Below are positions 1 through 11,214 of a DNA stretch of 64,000 nucleotides, one piece after another (within the stretch, counting starts at the first letter, position 1; each line of letters starts with the position of its first letter). Under the pieces are notes generated by a model. The model was not told the origin of the DNA, made no database searches, and saw nothing but the letters and a program-made list of their open reading frames with translations. A program made the translations under genes and the position numbers. This DNA is from an uncultured Gammaproteobacteria bacterium (GTDB taxonomy: Bacteria > Pseudomonadota > Gammaproteobacteria > JAURND01), in NCBI GenBank assembly GCA_963714975.1, contig CAVQQD010000003.1, positions 768,001 through 832,000 of the forward strand, in the 5' to 3' direction.

Positions 1-2304
1 CATGATCTGTTATTTGAACGATTTTTAAATCCAGAACGAGTTTCTGTCGCAGATTTTGATATTGATTTCTGTATGGAAGGCCGTGACCGGGTGATTGATT
101 ATGTGGCGACGAAATATGGCCGAGATAGTGTAGCCCAAATTATCACTTACGGAACGATGGCAGCACGTGCCGTCGTGCGTGATGTCGGCCGTGTTTTAGG
201 TCACCCCTATGGCTTCGTGGATAAAATTGCCAAATTGATTCCCTTTGAATTAGACATGACGTTACAAAAAGCACTTACTGATGAGCCGTTGTTATTGCAA
301 CGCTACCAGCAAGAAGGGGAAGTGAAAACGTTGTTTGATTTAGCCATGAAACTCGAAGGCGTGCCGCGTAATGTAGGCAAACATGCTGGTGGCGTGGTGA
401 TTGCTCCTTCAGTATTAACGGATTTCGTGCCGTTGTATTGCGAGCCCAATGGTGAAAATCGCGTGACTCAATTTGACAAAGATGATGTGGAAGCTATTGG
501 GTTAGTGAAATTTGATTTTCTAGGATTGCGAACCTTGACCATTATGGATTGGGCTTTGAGAACTATCAATAAACGGCGTGAGCAAGAACGACAAGCGCCG
601 GTCGATATTAATCGTTTACCTTTAAATGATCCCGAAACTTTTGCTTTATTAAAATCCTGCGAAACAGTTGCGGTATTTCAATTGGAATCCCGCGGATTTC
701 GTGATTTGGTGCGCCGGTTGCAGCCGGATTGTTTCGAAGAAATCATGGCGTTAGTGGCGTTGTTTCGCCCCGGCCCGCTGCAGTCAGGCATGGTCGATGA
801 TTTTTTGAATCGAAAACACGGACGTGCGCCGGTCATTTATCCCCATCCTTTATTGGAGCCGGTATTGCGGAATACCTATGGGGTAATTGTTTATCAAGAA
901 CAAGTGATGCAGATTGCGCAAGTGTTAGCAGGATATACTTTGGGTAGTGCGGATATTTTACGTAAAGCGATGGGTAAGAAAAAACCAGAAGAAATGGCCA
1001 AGCAGCGGGAAATTTTCGTTTCCGGTGCTCAGCAACGCCAGGTTGATCCTCAGATAGCCAATCAAATCTTCGACTTGATGGAAAAATTTGCTGATTATGG
1101 TTTTAACAAATCACATTCGGCAGCTTATGCCTTATTATCCTATCAAACCGCTTGGTTAAAAGCGCATTATCCAGCTGAATTTATGGCAGCGGTTTTATCT
1201 TCGGATATGGATAATACGGATAAAGTGGTTCGTTATTTAGAAGATTGTCGACGTCTGGGATTAATGATTACCGCACCAAATATCAATAGCAGTGATTATC
1301 AATTTAGCGTAGGCACTGCCGGTGAAATTATCTATGGCTTAGGGGCAATCAAAGGAGTGGGAAGTGCTGCGATCGACGTTATCGTTGCGACACGGCGAGT
1401 TCAGGGTAAGTTTGAGGATTTATTTGAATTTTGTCAGCGTGTCGATACCCGTAAAGTGAATCGGAAAGTGTTAGAGGCTTTAATTCGTTCCGGGGCTCTG
1501 GATGGTTTTGGGATGGAACGAGCGAGCTTAATGGCTTCTTTAAATGTGGCACTGCAAACAGCCGGTCAGCGTGGGGCAGCGCGAGAAATAGGGCAGCTGG
1601 ATTTATTCGCGGATCTCGGTAATGATGATATTAAACACTGCTATGTTAACGTCCCCGCTGGGTCGCAAGAACAATGTTTAAATGGTGAAAAAGAAACCTT
1701 AGGGTGGTTTCTATCAGGACATCCCCTGGATCGCTATCAACAAGAACTATTGCATCTGGTGACTGCAGAAATTTCTGAATTAAAACCCGATCGCGATAAA
1801 ACAGTGTTGATTGCAGGTTACGTGACTGCAGTAAAAATTATGCAAACTAAGTCGGGTGGGCGGATGGCATTTTTAAGCTTAACCGATCGTTCGGGTCGGA
1901 TTGAATTAATCGTGTTCCCACAGCTATTTGATAGTGTGCGAAATTTATTAGTGAAAGATACCTTGTTAATTGCTGAAGGTGAGGTCGCTGTGGATGAATT
2001 TACTGAAGGTCAAAAATTATCAGTCCGACAATTGTATGATCTTAATCAAGCGCGGGAAAAATTTGCGAAGCAACTTGCCATTTCCGTCAATAAGGATTCC
2101 GTTCCTCTCGATTTTTTTCCGACGTTACAACATATTCTAAAACCTCATTGCCCCGGTCGCTGCCCCGTGGTGATTTCTTACCACACTGAAACAGAAACTG
2201 CCCAGTTAGTTTTGGGGGAAGAATGGCGGATCAAACCCAGCCAGGAATTACTTGAGTCTTTACAAACATTTTGTGGACCAGAACAGGTGAGATTAACTTA
2301 TTGA
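1..2304 (+). CDS. dnaE: DNA polymerase III alpha subunit (5' end outside window)
   Basis: Frame is open from base 1 (HDLLFERFLNPERVS.ADFDIDFC); motifs GKHAGGVVI, KFDFLGL, YGFNKSHS and a C-terminal OB fold. Confidence 0.97.
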   Translation, partial: HDLLFERFLNPERVSVADFDIDFCMEGRDRVIDYVATKYGRDSVAQIITYGTMAARAVVRDVGRVLGHPYGFVDKIAKLIPFELDMTLQKALTDEPLLLQRYQQEGEVKTLFDLAMKLEGVPRNVGKHAGGVVIAPSVLTDFVPLYCEPNGENRVTQFDKDDVEAIGLVKFDFLGLRTLTIMDWALRTINKRREQERQAPVDINRLPLNDPETFALLKSCETVAVFQLESRGFRDLVRRLQPDCFEEIMALVALFRPGPLQSGMVDDFLNRKHGRAPVIYPHPLLEPVLRNTYGVIVYQEQVMQIAQVLAGYTLGSADILRKAMGKKKPEEMAKQREIFVSGAQQRQVDPQIANQIFDLMEKFADYGFNKSHSAAYALLSYQTAWLKAHYPAEFMAAVLSSDMDNTDKVVRYLEDCRRLGLMITAPNINSSDYQFSVGTAGEIIYGLGAIKGVGSAAIDVIVATRRVQGKFEDLFEFCQRVDTRKVNRKVLEALIRSGALDGFGMERASLMASLNVALQTAGQRGAAREIGQLDLFADLGNDDIKHCYVNVPAGSQEQCLNGEKETLGWFLSGHPLDRYQQELLHLVTAEISELKPDRDKTVLIAGYVTAVKIMQTKSGGRMAFLSLTDRSGRIELIVFPQLFDSVRNLLVKDTLLIAEGEVAVDEFTEGQKLSVRQLYDLNQAREKFAKQLAISVNKDSVPLDFFPTLQHILKPHCPGRCPVVISYHTETETAQLVLGEEWRIKPSQELLESLQTFCGPEQVRLTY

Positions 2305-2312
2305 TGATCAGT

Positions 2313-2371
2313 TCCCCTCTCCCCACACGAGCGGAGCGAGGGAAGGTGGGAGAGGGTTAGAGATAGGGGGT
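2313..2371. repeat. REP-like palindromic element (CCCTCTCCC...GGGAGAGGG type) between convergent dnaE and tkt
   Basis: cccctctccccac pairs with gtgggagaggg; related to the repeats inside the NRPS. Confidence 0.6.
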
Positions 2372-2372
2372 A

Positions 2373-4454
2373 TTAATTCTTACCAGGGCCACGGCGTAAC
2401 AACCTCAAAGCACATGCATAAATATTTTTTACAGAAAATCCATATCGATCCATAATGGTTTCTCCAGGCGCGGATGCACCAAATGTTTCGACGCTAATTA
2501 TTGCGCCATGTTCTCCAACGTAACGCTCCCAACCTTGTGAAACGCCTGCCTCCACTACCAATCGCCGTGAAATTGTTGGCGGTAATACGCTGTCTCGATA
2601 TTGTTTTGATTGCGCTGCAAATAACTCCCAGCTTGGCATTGAAACAATGCGAACTGGGATTTTTTGTTGGCGGAGTTTTTTAGCGACAGCTATGATCAAG
2701 CTTACTTCAGAGCCACTAGCGATTAAAATAATGGCAGGCTTCTTTTTAGGTACATCAGATATAATATAGGCACCGCGTCGTAAACCCTCTGCTGCAGCTA
2801 ATTCGTTACGATCCAAGGTGGGGACGTCTTGTCGCGTTAATACTAGTGCTACCGGGGTATCGTCGTGTTTCTATAGCGACTTGCCATGCGACAGCTGTTT
2901 CATTGGCATCTGCCGGACGGATAACTATTAAATTTGGAATGGCGCGCAAGCTTGCAAGTTGTTCGACCGGTTGATGCGTGGGACCATCCTCTCCTAATGC
3001 CAATGCTATCGTGCGTGAAAACATAAATTACTTGCATACCCATCAATGCGGCAAGTCGGATAGTAGGTCGCAGGTAATCAGAGAAAATTAAAAAAGTTGC
3101 GGTAAAAGGAATAATGCCATTAAAAGTAGCCAAGCCATTTGAGATAGCACCCATAGCATGTTCACGGACGCCATAATAAAGATTGCGGCCGGCATAGTTC
3201 CAGCCACCAGTTACCGAGCCTTGTAAATCTCCAGTAGCTGTATATGGATTTTGAAAATTGCCAAAATTAATTAGTTCAGTTTTGGTGGAAGCATTCAAGT
3301 CAGCAGAGCCACCGATAAATCCTGGTAAATTAGGATTAATTGCTTGCATCACTTTTGCAGAAGCTTCACGTGTCGCCATGCCTTTGCTATCAGCTGGAAA
3401 TATGTGGAATGTTTTCATTCCAGCCTGAAGGTAGTTCCTTTGTGCATCAATTGCTGCAATTCTCGAGCTTGGTTCGGATATTTTTCGGCATACGCAGTGA
3501 GTTTGGCATTCCATAGTTTTTCTAATTTGTGGCCATGGGCTATTGGCTTTATGAAAATGCTTTGCAGCTTCTTTTGGAACGTAAAAGGAGGGATTAATGG
3601 GCCAAGCTAAATGTTGTTTAGTGAGTTTCACTTCTTCCACCCCGAGCGGAGAACCATGTGCTTCAAACGTATCATGTTTATGCGGAGACCCATAACCAAT
3701 ATGTGTTCGTATGATTATTAAAGAGGGACGTTTTGTTGCTATTTGTGCCGCTTCAATGGCATGATAAATTGCATCTAGATCATTACCCTCATCGATAATT
3801 TGGGTATGCCAGCCATAAGCATCAAAACGTTTTTCGCAATTTTCAGAGAAGCAAACTTGGGTTGATGCAGAAAGCGTGATGTGATTGTTGTCGTATAAAT
3901 AAATTAATTTACCTAATTTTAAATGTCCTGCCAGTGATGCTGCTTCGGAGGCAACCCCTTCCATTAAATCACCATCACTTACCAATGCATAGGTATAATG
4001 ATCAATGATATTAAAATCAGGGCGATTATAACGGGCAGCAAATAAGCTTCGGCAATTGCCATCCCAACTCCATTAGCAAAGCCTTGCCCAAGAGGGCCAG
4101 TGGTGACTTCCACTCCAGGGGTTAATTCACTTTCTGGATGACCTGGAGTAATACTTCCCCACTGTCGAAATTGTTGAATTTGCTCCATAGGATAGATCAT
4201 AGCCAGTGAGATGCAATAAGCTATAGAGCAACATTGAACCATGACCTGCGGAAAGCACAAAACGATCACGATTATACCATTGTGGATTGGCAGGATTATG
4301 CTTTAAAAAATGGGTCCATAAATATAAGCCATAGGCGCTGCCCCAATGGTAAACCAGGATGCCCACTATTGGCTTTTTGTACCGCATCAATGGATAACAT
4401 GCGTAGGGTATTGACGCACAGTTGATCTAAAGAAGTTGATTTTGCAGGTTTCAT
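2373..4454 (-). pseudogene. tkt: Transketolase, split by several frameshifts (possibly sequencing errors)
   Basis: Fragments in different frames: [65 protein letters not shown]; ATG at 4454. Confidence 0.93.
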
Positions 4455-4455
4455 G

Positions 4456-5879
4456 TTAGTCTTTCCCAATTGGTATGAAAAGTCCCCTTTGCATCAATTC
4501 GTTCATAAGTGTGTGAACCAAAATAATCACGTTGTGCTTGAATAAGATTTGCTGGCAGCCAGGCGCTGCGATAAGCATCAAGATAACTAAGTGATTGCAT
4601 AAATCCTGGTATCGGCAATCCCTGAATTTAGTTGCTTGGCAAACGACGTGTCGCAAGTAAGCTTGATGTTCATCATCAATTGCTGTGACAAATTCTGGTC
4701 CAGCAATAAATTGGCTAAATCGGTATTAGCATGAAATGCAGCACAGATATCATCTAGCAATGTAGCGCGAATAATACAGCCACCACGCCAAATTCGTGCT
4801 ATGGCTTCAAGATTAAGTTGATACTGATATTTATCAGAAGCAACTTTTAAAAGCGCCATTCCTTGCGCATACACAAGAATCATTCCAGCAAAAAGTGCAT
4901 GTTGTAGTTGTCCTCAATGCTAATCGCGGGATTTGCAGCAAGTGAGGGTAAGGAAAGTCGATAGTAAGACTTGCTTGTTCGCGTTCGTCAACAAAACCCG
5001 ACAAGTCACGCATTGCGACAGCGATATCGATTGTTGGCACGGGAACTTGTAATTCCATTGCGGTTTGCGAAGTCCACATACCCGTGCCTTTTTGTGCTGC
5101 TACCGGGAGAATTTCATCAATCAAGTGATTTCCCGGTTCTATCATCTTGTTTGCTAAAAATATGACTAGTGATTTCCAGGAGATAGCTTTGCAATTCTGC
5201 CTTGTTCCATTCGCTATACACCTGATGTAATTGTTGATTATTTAATCCAAGACCTTGTTTCAATACAGCATAGGTTTCACTAATGAGCTGCATGATTCCA
5301 TATTCGATGCCATTATGGACCATTTTTACAAAATGTCCGGCCGAACCAGGGCCCAGATAAGTCACGCATGGTTCATCTTTTACCTTGGCAGCGATCGCTT
5401 CGAACAGAGGACGAACCCGTTTATAGGCTTCTTTGACGCCCCCTGGCATAATACTAGGCCCATGCCGTGCACCTTCTTCACCTCCGGAAATCCCAACACC
5501 TAGGAATTGAATTTGCCTTGAGTTGCTAAATCATGTAAACGAATATCAGTATCTTTAAAATAAGAATTACCGGCATCGATAATAAGATCGTTGGCAGTTA
5601 AATAAGGTAATAGTTTTTGATAACGGCATCGACAGGGGCACCTGCAGGAACGAGTAATATAATGGCACGTGGTTGGCGCAATGCGTTGATAAAGGCATGA
5701 ATGTCGCTACTCGCGAAAATATCCCGTTTTTGAGCTTCCTCGATAAGGAAGTTAATTTTACTAGAATCAATGTCATAACCTGCTACGGAAAATTGCTGGT
5801 CGGCCATATTCAATAATAAATTCCGTCCCATGACACCTAAGCCAATCATACCAATTTCACATTGGGGTTTGTCTTCCAT
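4456..5879 (-). pseudogene. gnd: 6-phosphogluconate dehydrogenase (decarboxylating), several frameshifts
   Basis: Fragments [41 protein letters not shown]. Confidence 0.93.
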
Positions 5880-6007
5880 GATATCCTCTCCTTAAGTACT
5901 CACACTGTCGTCCCTGACGGGGTGAGTTTTTTATTCTATATTTCATTATAGTTATTATAGGAAAAATCGGCGGTTCCCGCCAAATAGATAAATTTTAGCC
6001 AAAAAGG

Positions 6008-7548
6008 ATGTGGTCTTCAGTGAAATTTAATATGATGCAGACGCTTACTGAATCAGCAGCTAAACAGCAGCCTGCCCAACCTTGCATATTAATTATCTTT
6101 GGCATTACTGGCGATTTGACCAAACGTTTGCTTTATCCTGCTATTTGTAACTTGGGCAGCCAAGGATTGTTAGATGAAAATTTTCGTATCATAGGCCTGG
6201 CAAAGGAAAAATACAGCAAGGCAGCATTTCGTAAACAATTAAAGAAAGATGTGAAAGATTTTGTTATTGATTCAGCTCAAGAATTTGGTTATGCATTAGT
6301 GCAGCAAGTGGATTATATATCAGGATTTTTGACGATCTTAATACTTATGTGACATTGAAAAAACATCTGGAACTACTGAATGCTAAAAATGCGAGCAATA
6401 ATTATTTATTTTACTTGGCAATTCCGCCCGCTCTGATTGCGACGGTAGTAAAAAATCTTGCTAAAGAAAAGCTACTAGTGGAAGAAGCAGGAAGTTTTCG
6501 ACGAGTTGTTGTTGAAAAGCCTTTTGGACATGATTTAGCTTCGTCACGAAAATTAAATCAAACACTACTTGCCTTGGTTGATGAGAAGCAAATATTTCGC
6601 ATCGATCATTTTTTAGGTAAGGAAACAGTGCAGAATTTACTGGCGTTTCGTTTTTCAAATGGCATTTTTGAGCCGATATGGAATCATCGCTACATTGATC
6701 ATGTTCAGATTACTGTTGCAGAAAGTTTGGGTGTTGAGTTAAGAGGCGCCTATTACGAGCATGCCGGTGCTTTGCGCGATATGATACCTAATCATTTATT
6801 TCAGGTATTAAGTTTGATTGCAATGGACCCCCCAGTTTCATTTTCGGCAAATTATATTCAGAATGAAAAATCCAAACTCCTACATACTATAGATGTTTTT
6901 ACTCCAGAACAGGTATTGTGTCATGCAGTGCGGGGTCAATACGGTCCTGGTCGAATTGATACCGTGCAAGTGCCTGGTTATCGCGATGAACCCAATGTGG
7001 ATTCACAATCTACGACTGAAACCTATGTCGCGATAAAAATCCTATTGGATAGTTGGCGTTGGCTGCATGTACCGTTTTATTTACGTACTGGAAAACGCCT
7101 TAAAGCTCGTAGTTCGGAAATTGTTATTCAATTTAAGTCTGGGCCTGCTATTTTGTTTGGTGGGGGCAATTCAAAGCAAAAAATCTTGCCCAATTTGTTG
7201 CGGATTAAAATTCAACCAGAAGAAGCTATTTCGTTGCGTTTTAATGCAAAAATTCCAGGTCCCTCTGTGCGATTAGAGCAAGTCGATATGGGCTTTAAAT
7301 ACCGAGATTATTTTGGTATTGATCCGAAAACAGGCTATGAAACTGTATTATATGATTGCATGAATGGCGATCATACGCTATTTGCATCGGCTGAAATGGA
7401 GGAAATCACCTGGTCACTCGTACAACCTATTTTAGATCTTTGGAGCGCTTTACCGCCGCGTGATTTCCCTAATTATGCTCCAGGAAGTTGGGGGCCAACG
7501 GCAGGGGATACATTACTACAGCAGGATGGTAGAGAATGGATATTGTAA
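6008..7548 (+). pseudogene. zwf: Glucose-6-phosphate 1-dehydrogenase, frameshifted near 6325-6345 (start may be 6032)
   Basis: IFGITGDLTKR in the first ORF; EKPFG, RIDHFLGKE, VPFYLRTGK in the second. Confidence 0.93.
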
Positions 7549-8360
7549 TTAATTATTCTAGTATTCATATACGGAATACCGCAGCTTTATTTCAGATGGT
7601 TGCAAAAGACTTTATGCAACGTGCTATTAAAGCAGTGAATGAGAAACAATTATTTACCGTGGTTCTTTCCGGAGGACAAACGCCAAAATTGTTCTTTGAC
7701 GCTTTGGTGAAAAATGTACAAGAAGGACCAGAATTTTCCTGGGAGTATATAAAGTTTTTTTTTGGTGACGAACGCTATGTTTCTGCCGATGATCCTGGCA
7801 GCAATTATCATTTAGCATATACCGGTTTATTTTCCAAGCTCCCTATACCCAGGGAGAATATCTGCGAGATCCCAACGAATTTAAAAGATCCTCAAGTTTC
7901 CGCGGAAAAATATGCACAAACATTACGAAATGTATTGAATATTAAGAATGATGAATTGCCATTGTTTGATTTAGTATATTTGGGGCTTGGAGTGAATGGA
8001 CATACTGCTTCGCTAATGCCTGGAAGTCGTGTAGTTAAAGCTTTTATTGATGCAAAAAATGGCGAGAAAAGGAAACAAAAATGGGTGATAGCGGTCTATG
8101 TTCCCGAACTGCATAGGTATCGTATTACTTTTACTCCTTCCATACTTAATAATAGTAAGCGTATTTGTTTTTTAGTAACGGGTGCAGATAAAGCTTTAAC
8201 AGTTTGGAAAGTACTGCAAGGACCTTTTGAACCGTTACAATATCCCGCGCAATTGATTCAATGTGTGCACGGTGAAACGGCGTGGTACTTGGATCAAGCG
8301 GCAGCTGCCCAGCTCCGTCGTCCCGCGGCTTGTCCGCGGGATCCAGGTAAAGACCAATAG
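7536..8360 (+). CDS. pgl: 6-phosphogluconolactonase; C-terminus encoded by a palindromic element
   Basis: LSGGQTP, FGDERYV, LGLGVNGHTAS; follows zwf. Confidence 0.93.
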   Translation: MDIVINYSSIHIRNTAALFQMVAKDFMQRAIKAVNEKQLFTVVLSGGQTPKLFFDALVKNVQEGPEFSWEYIKFFFGDERYVSADDPGSNYHLAYTGLFSKLPIPRENICEIPTNLKDPQVSAEKYAQTLRNVLNIKNDELPLFDLVYLGLGVNGHTASLMPGSRVVKAFIDAKNGEKRKQKWVIAVYVPELHRYRITFTPSILNNSKRICFLVTGADKALTVWKVLQGPFEPLQYPAQLIQCVHGETAWYLDQAAAAQLRRPAACPRDPGKDQ

Positions 8361-8405
8361 AAACTCCATATTTAGATCCCGTGGACAAGCTGCGGGACGA
8401 CGGAG
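8313..8405. repeat. RPE-like palindromic element overlapping the pgl 3' end
   Basis: ctccgtcgtcccgcggcttgtccgcgggatc ... gatcccgtggacaagctgcgggacgacggag inverted arms; encodes RRPAACPRDP. Confidence 0.85.
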
Positions 8406-8417
8406 AAGGGAAAGAGC

Positions 8418-9098
8418 ATGAGGGACTACCAAATTGGGGCATCATTATTAGCGGCTGATTTTGCTCGTTTGGGCGAGGAGGCGCAATCCGTAATCAATGC
8501 AGGCGCCAGTGCACTCCATTTCGATGCAATGGATAATCATTTTGTTCCCAATCTCACCATAGGTCCTGCGGTTTGTGCGGCATTGCGTCGTTTCGGCATT
8601 AAAGCAAATATTTATGTACATTTGATGGCAACGCCAGTAGATAGGCTCATTGTAGATTTTGCGCAAGCAGGCGCAACAGGTATCACAATTCACTCTGAAG
8701 CTACTGAAAACATCGAGCGCAGTTTGAGTCTAATTCATCAACAAGGTTGTAGTGTAGGACTTGCGCTTAAGCCTGAGACGACATGGCATTGTCTCGAAAA
8801 TGTATTAGATAAGCTTGATTTAATTTTGGTGATGTCTGTCAATCCAGGCTTTGGTGGCCAGACCTTTATTCCCTCATCTTTGGATAAAATTAGGCAAATC
8901 CGCAAGCTAATTTCAACGTATCGCCGAGATATTCGTCTAGCAGTTGATGGTGGGATTAAAATAGAAAATATCCTGCAAATTGCCCAAGCAGGAGCAGATA
9001 GATTTGTTATTGGTTCAGCTATTTTTAACCAGCCTAATTATGCACAAGTTATTACCGAGATGTATCATCAATTGGAAAATACAAGGAGCCATGAATGA
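8418..9098 (+). CDS. rpe: Ribulose-phosphate 3-epimerase
   Basis: HFDAMDNHFVPNLT, MSVNPGFGGQ, VDGGI. Confidence 0.95.
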   Translation: MRDYQIGASLLAADFARLGEEAQSVINAGASALHFDAMDNHFVPNLTIGPAVCAALRRFGIKANIYVHLMATPVDRLIVDFAQAGATGITIHSEATENIERSLSLIHQQGCSVGLALKPETTWHCLENVLDKLDLILVMSVNPGFGGQTFIPSSLDKIRQIRKLISTYRRDIRLAVDGGIKIENILQIAQAGADRFVIGSAIFNQPNYAQVITEMYHQLENTRSHE

Positions 9099-10204
9099 AA
9101 TTGAATCCCTTAAAAACATTAGAAGCGTTAGGCCAGTCTCTTTGGCTTGATTTTATCAACCGAGATTTGATAACCAGCGGTAAACTTGAGCAACTCATTG
9201 CGGAAGATGGCCTGCGAGGAATTACTTCCAATCCTTCAATTTTTGAAAAAGCTATTGAAAGCCACGATTATGCTCAAGATATCAAGATAATGAAGAGCCA
9301 AGATAAAGACGTTCATTCCATTTATGAAACACTGACACAACAAGATATCCAAAATGCTGCTGATAAATTTCGTGAGCTATATCAACGAACCGATGGTAAA
9401 GATGGTTATGTTAGCTTAGAAGTAAATCCTCATCTTGCTCACGATACACATGCTACCATTGCAGAGGCACGACGGTTATGGAAGGCGCTGAATCGTCCAA
9501 ATGTTTTGATCAAAGTTCCAGGAACGAAAGAAGGACTTCCTGCTATAACCCAACTGATCAGTGAAGGGATAAACGTCAATGTAACGCTATTGTTTGGTGT
9601 GCCACGATATCAAGAAGTGGCAGAGGCATATCAGAATGGCTTAGAAATGCGGGTTGCGAAAGGAGAATCGATTGCGCAAGTAACCTCTGTTGCCAGTTTT
9701 TTCTTAAGCCGGATTGATGTATTGATAGATCCTATGCTGGAAAAAATCATTGCCCAAGGTGGAAAACCAGCTGTGCGGGCAAGGAAAATACAAGGCCAAG
9801 TTGCCATCGCCTCAGCAAAAATTGCCTATGAAACTTATGTGAAAATTATCAACCAGGAAATTTTCAAAAAGTTAATTGAAAAAGGTGCACAGCTGCAAAG
9901 ATTGTTATGGGCTAGTACCAGTACAAAAAATCCAGCGTACAGTGATGTAAAATATGTGGAAGCACTAATTGGGGTAGATACAGTGAACACCGTTCCTATG
10001 GTAACTTTGGATGCCTACCGTGATCATGGCGATCCAAAACTTACATTAGAACAAGATATAGTTGAAGCGAATTGGCTTTTTCAGCAATTACCAACCCTGG
10101 GTATCAACTTAGATCACATAACACAGCAACTCGAAGATGAAGGCGTGGAAAAATTTATTCACTCTTTTGAGCAACTGATAAAAACATTGGCTAAATTTGG
10201 CTGA
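9095..10204 (+). CDS. tal: Transaldolase
   Basis: GITSNPSIF, YVSLEV, LIKVPGT, VNVTLLF, LWASTSTK. Confidence 0.95.
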   Translation: MKLNPLKTLEALGQSLWLDFINRDLITSGKLEQLIAEDGLRGITSNPSIFEKAIESHDYAQDIKIMKSQDKDVHSIYETLTQQDIQNAADKFRELYQRTDGKDGYVSLEVNPHLAHDTHATIAEARRLWKALNRPNVLIKVPGTKEGLPAITQLISEGINVNVTLLFGVPRYQEVAEAYQNGLEMRVAKGESIAQVTSVASFFLSRIDVLIDPMLEKIIAQGGKPAVRARKIQGQVAIASAKIAYETYVKIINQEIFKKLIEKGAQLQRLLWASTSTKNPAYSDVKYVEALIGVDTVNTVPMVTLDAYRDHGDPKLTLEQDIVEANWLFQQLPTLGINLDHITQQLEDEGVEKFIHSFEQLIKTLAKFG

Positions 10205-10309
10205 GAACTGTCTGGCAGCCAGCAATTTGCTCTGCGTATGCTACACTTTTAAAACGCTCCCAAGGACAGGAGCAAGTCAGCTTGCTTTTAGTTTAACACG
10301 GAGGTTTTT

Positions 10310-10612
10310 ATGCCGTTACAGGATTATGTACCCCCTCCCTCATACAATCCGCAATTTTTTGCCCCAATGCCGCAATGTCCCCATGCTGCAATTAAGCGTC
10401 CCCCAGAATCCAATCTTTTACGTGCCTGGAGTCCTTATGCAGTAGCTGGGTTAAGCTTATTTATTTGTATTAAGTGTACTGGATGGGAAGCGGGCTTTGG
10501 ATGGACGTTATTGACTAGTTTCCTAGCGAGTGCTTATGCCTTAGCAGCAAATCAAGCGAGTTTATTACAGGAGGTTATTTGTGAGCACACAAGTAAAAAT
10601 TATTTTTTATAG
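10310..10612 (+). CDS. Hypothetical small membrane protein
   Basis: GGAGG RBS upstream; Pro-rich N-terminus followed by two hydrophobic stretches. Confidence 0.5.
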   Translation: MPLQDYVPPPSYNPQFFAPMPQCPHAAIKRPPESNLLRAWSPYAVAGLSLFICIKCTGWEAGFGWTLLTSFLASAYALAANQASLLQEVICEHTSKNYFL

Positions 10613-11210
10613 CATGTATGGTCATGTTTACCAATTAGCCGAAGCGGTGGCTGAGGGCGCTGGTACGGTACCTGAGGTTGACGTCACTTTATTTCAGGTA
10701 CCTGAATTAGTTCCGGAAGCTATTTTGGCAAAGAGTGGGGCTTTAGAAGCTCGCAAGCGCTTTGCGCATATCCCCATCATTAAACCAGAACAATTAGTTG
10801 ATGCTGATGCCATTATTTTTGGGACACCCACGCGCTTTGGCAACATGTGTTCACAAATGCGCAATTTTATGGATCAAACCGGCGGTCTGTGGGTCACCAA
10901 TAAATTAGTCGGTAAATTAGCCAGTGTTTTCACCTCAACCGGTACGCAACATGGAGGGCAAGAAACCACAATTACCAGCTTTCACACTACCTTATTCCAT
11001 TTGGGATTTATTGTGGTTGGAGTCCCCTACAGCGAACCAGGTTTACTAGTAATGGATGAAGTTAGCGGAGGTTCTCCTTATGGTGCCTCCACTTTAGCAG
11101 GTGCTTCAGGTAATGATCGACAACCGTCTGCAAATGAATTAAATATCGCCAAATTTCAAGGAAAAAATACGGCTAAAATTGCCAAGGCTTTAAAAATAGG
11201 TCGGAGTTAA
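10581..11210 (+). CDS. wrbA: NAD(P)H:quinone oxidoreductase, flavodoxin-like
   Basis: [33 protein letters not shown]. Confidence 0.95.
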   Translation: MSTQVKIIFYSMYGHVYQLAEAVAEGAGTVPEVDVTLFQVPELVPEAILAKSGALEARKRFAHIPIIKPEQLVDADAIIFGTPTRFGNMCSQMRNFMDQTGGLWVTNKLVGKLASVFTSTGTQHGGQETTITSFHTTLFHLGFIVVGVPYSEPGLLVMDEVSGGSPYGASTLAGASGNDRQPSANELNIAKFQGKNTAKIAKALKIGRS

Positions 11211-11214
11211 TCAA

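Noticed and set aside
40-60. DnaE motif VSVAD instead of the usual VSMPD
   Set aside because: Catalytic DxD is intact; a minor variant or base error
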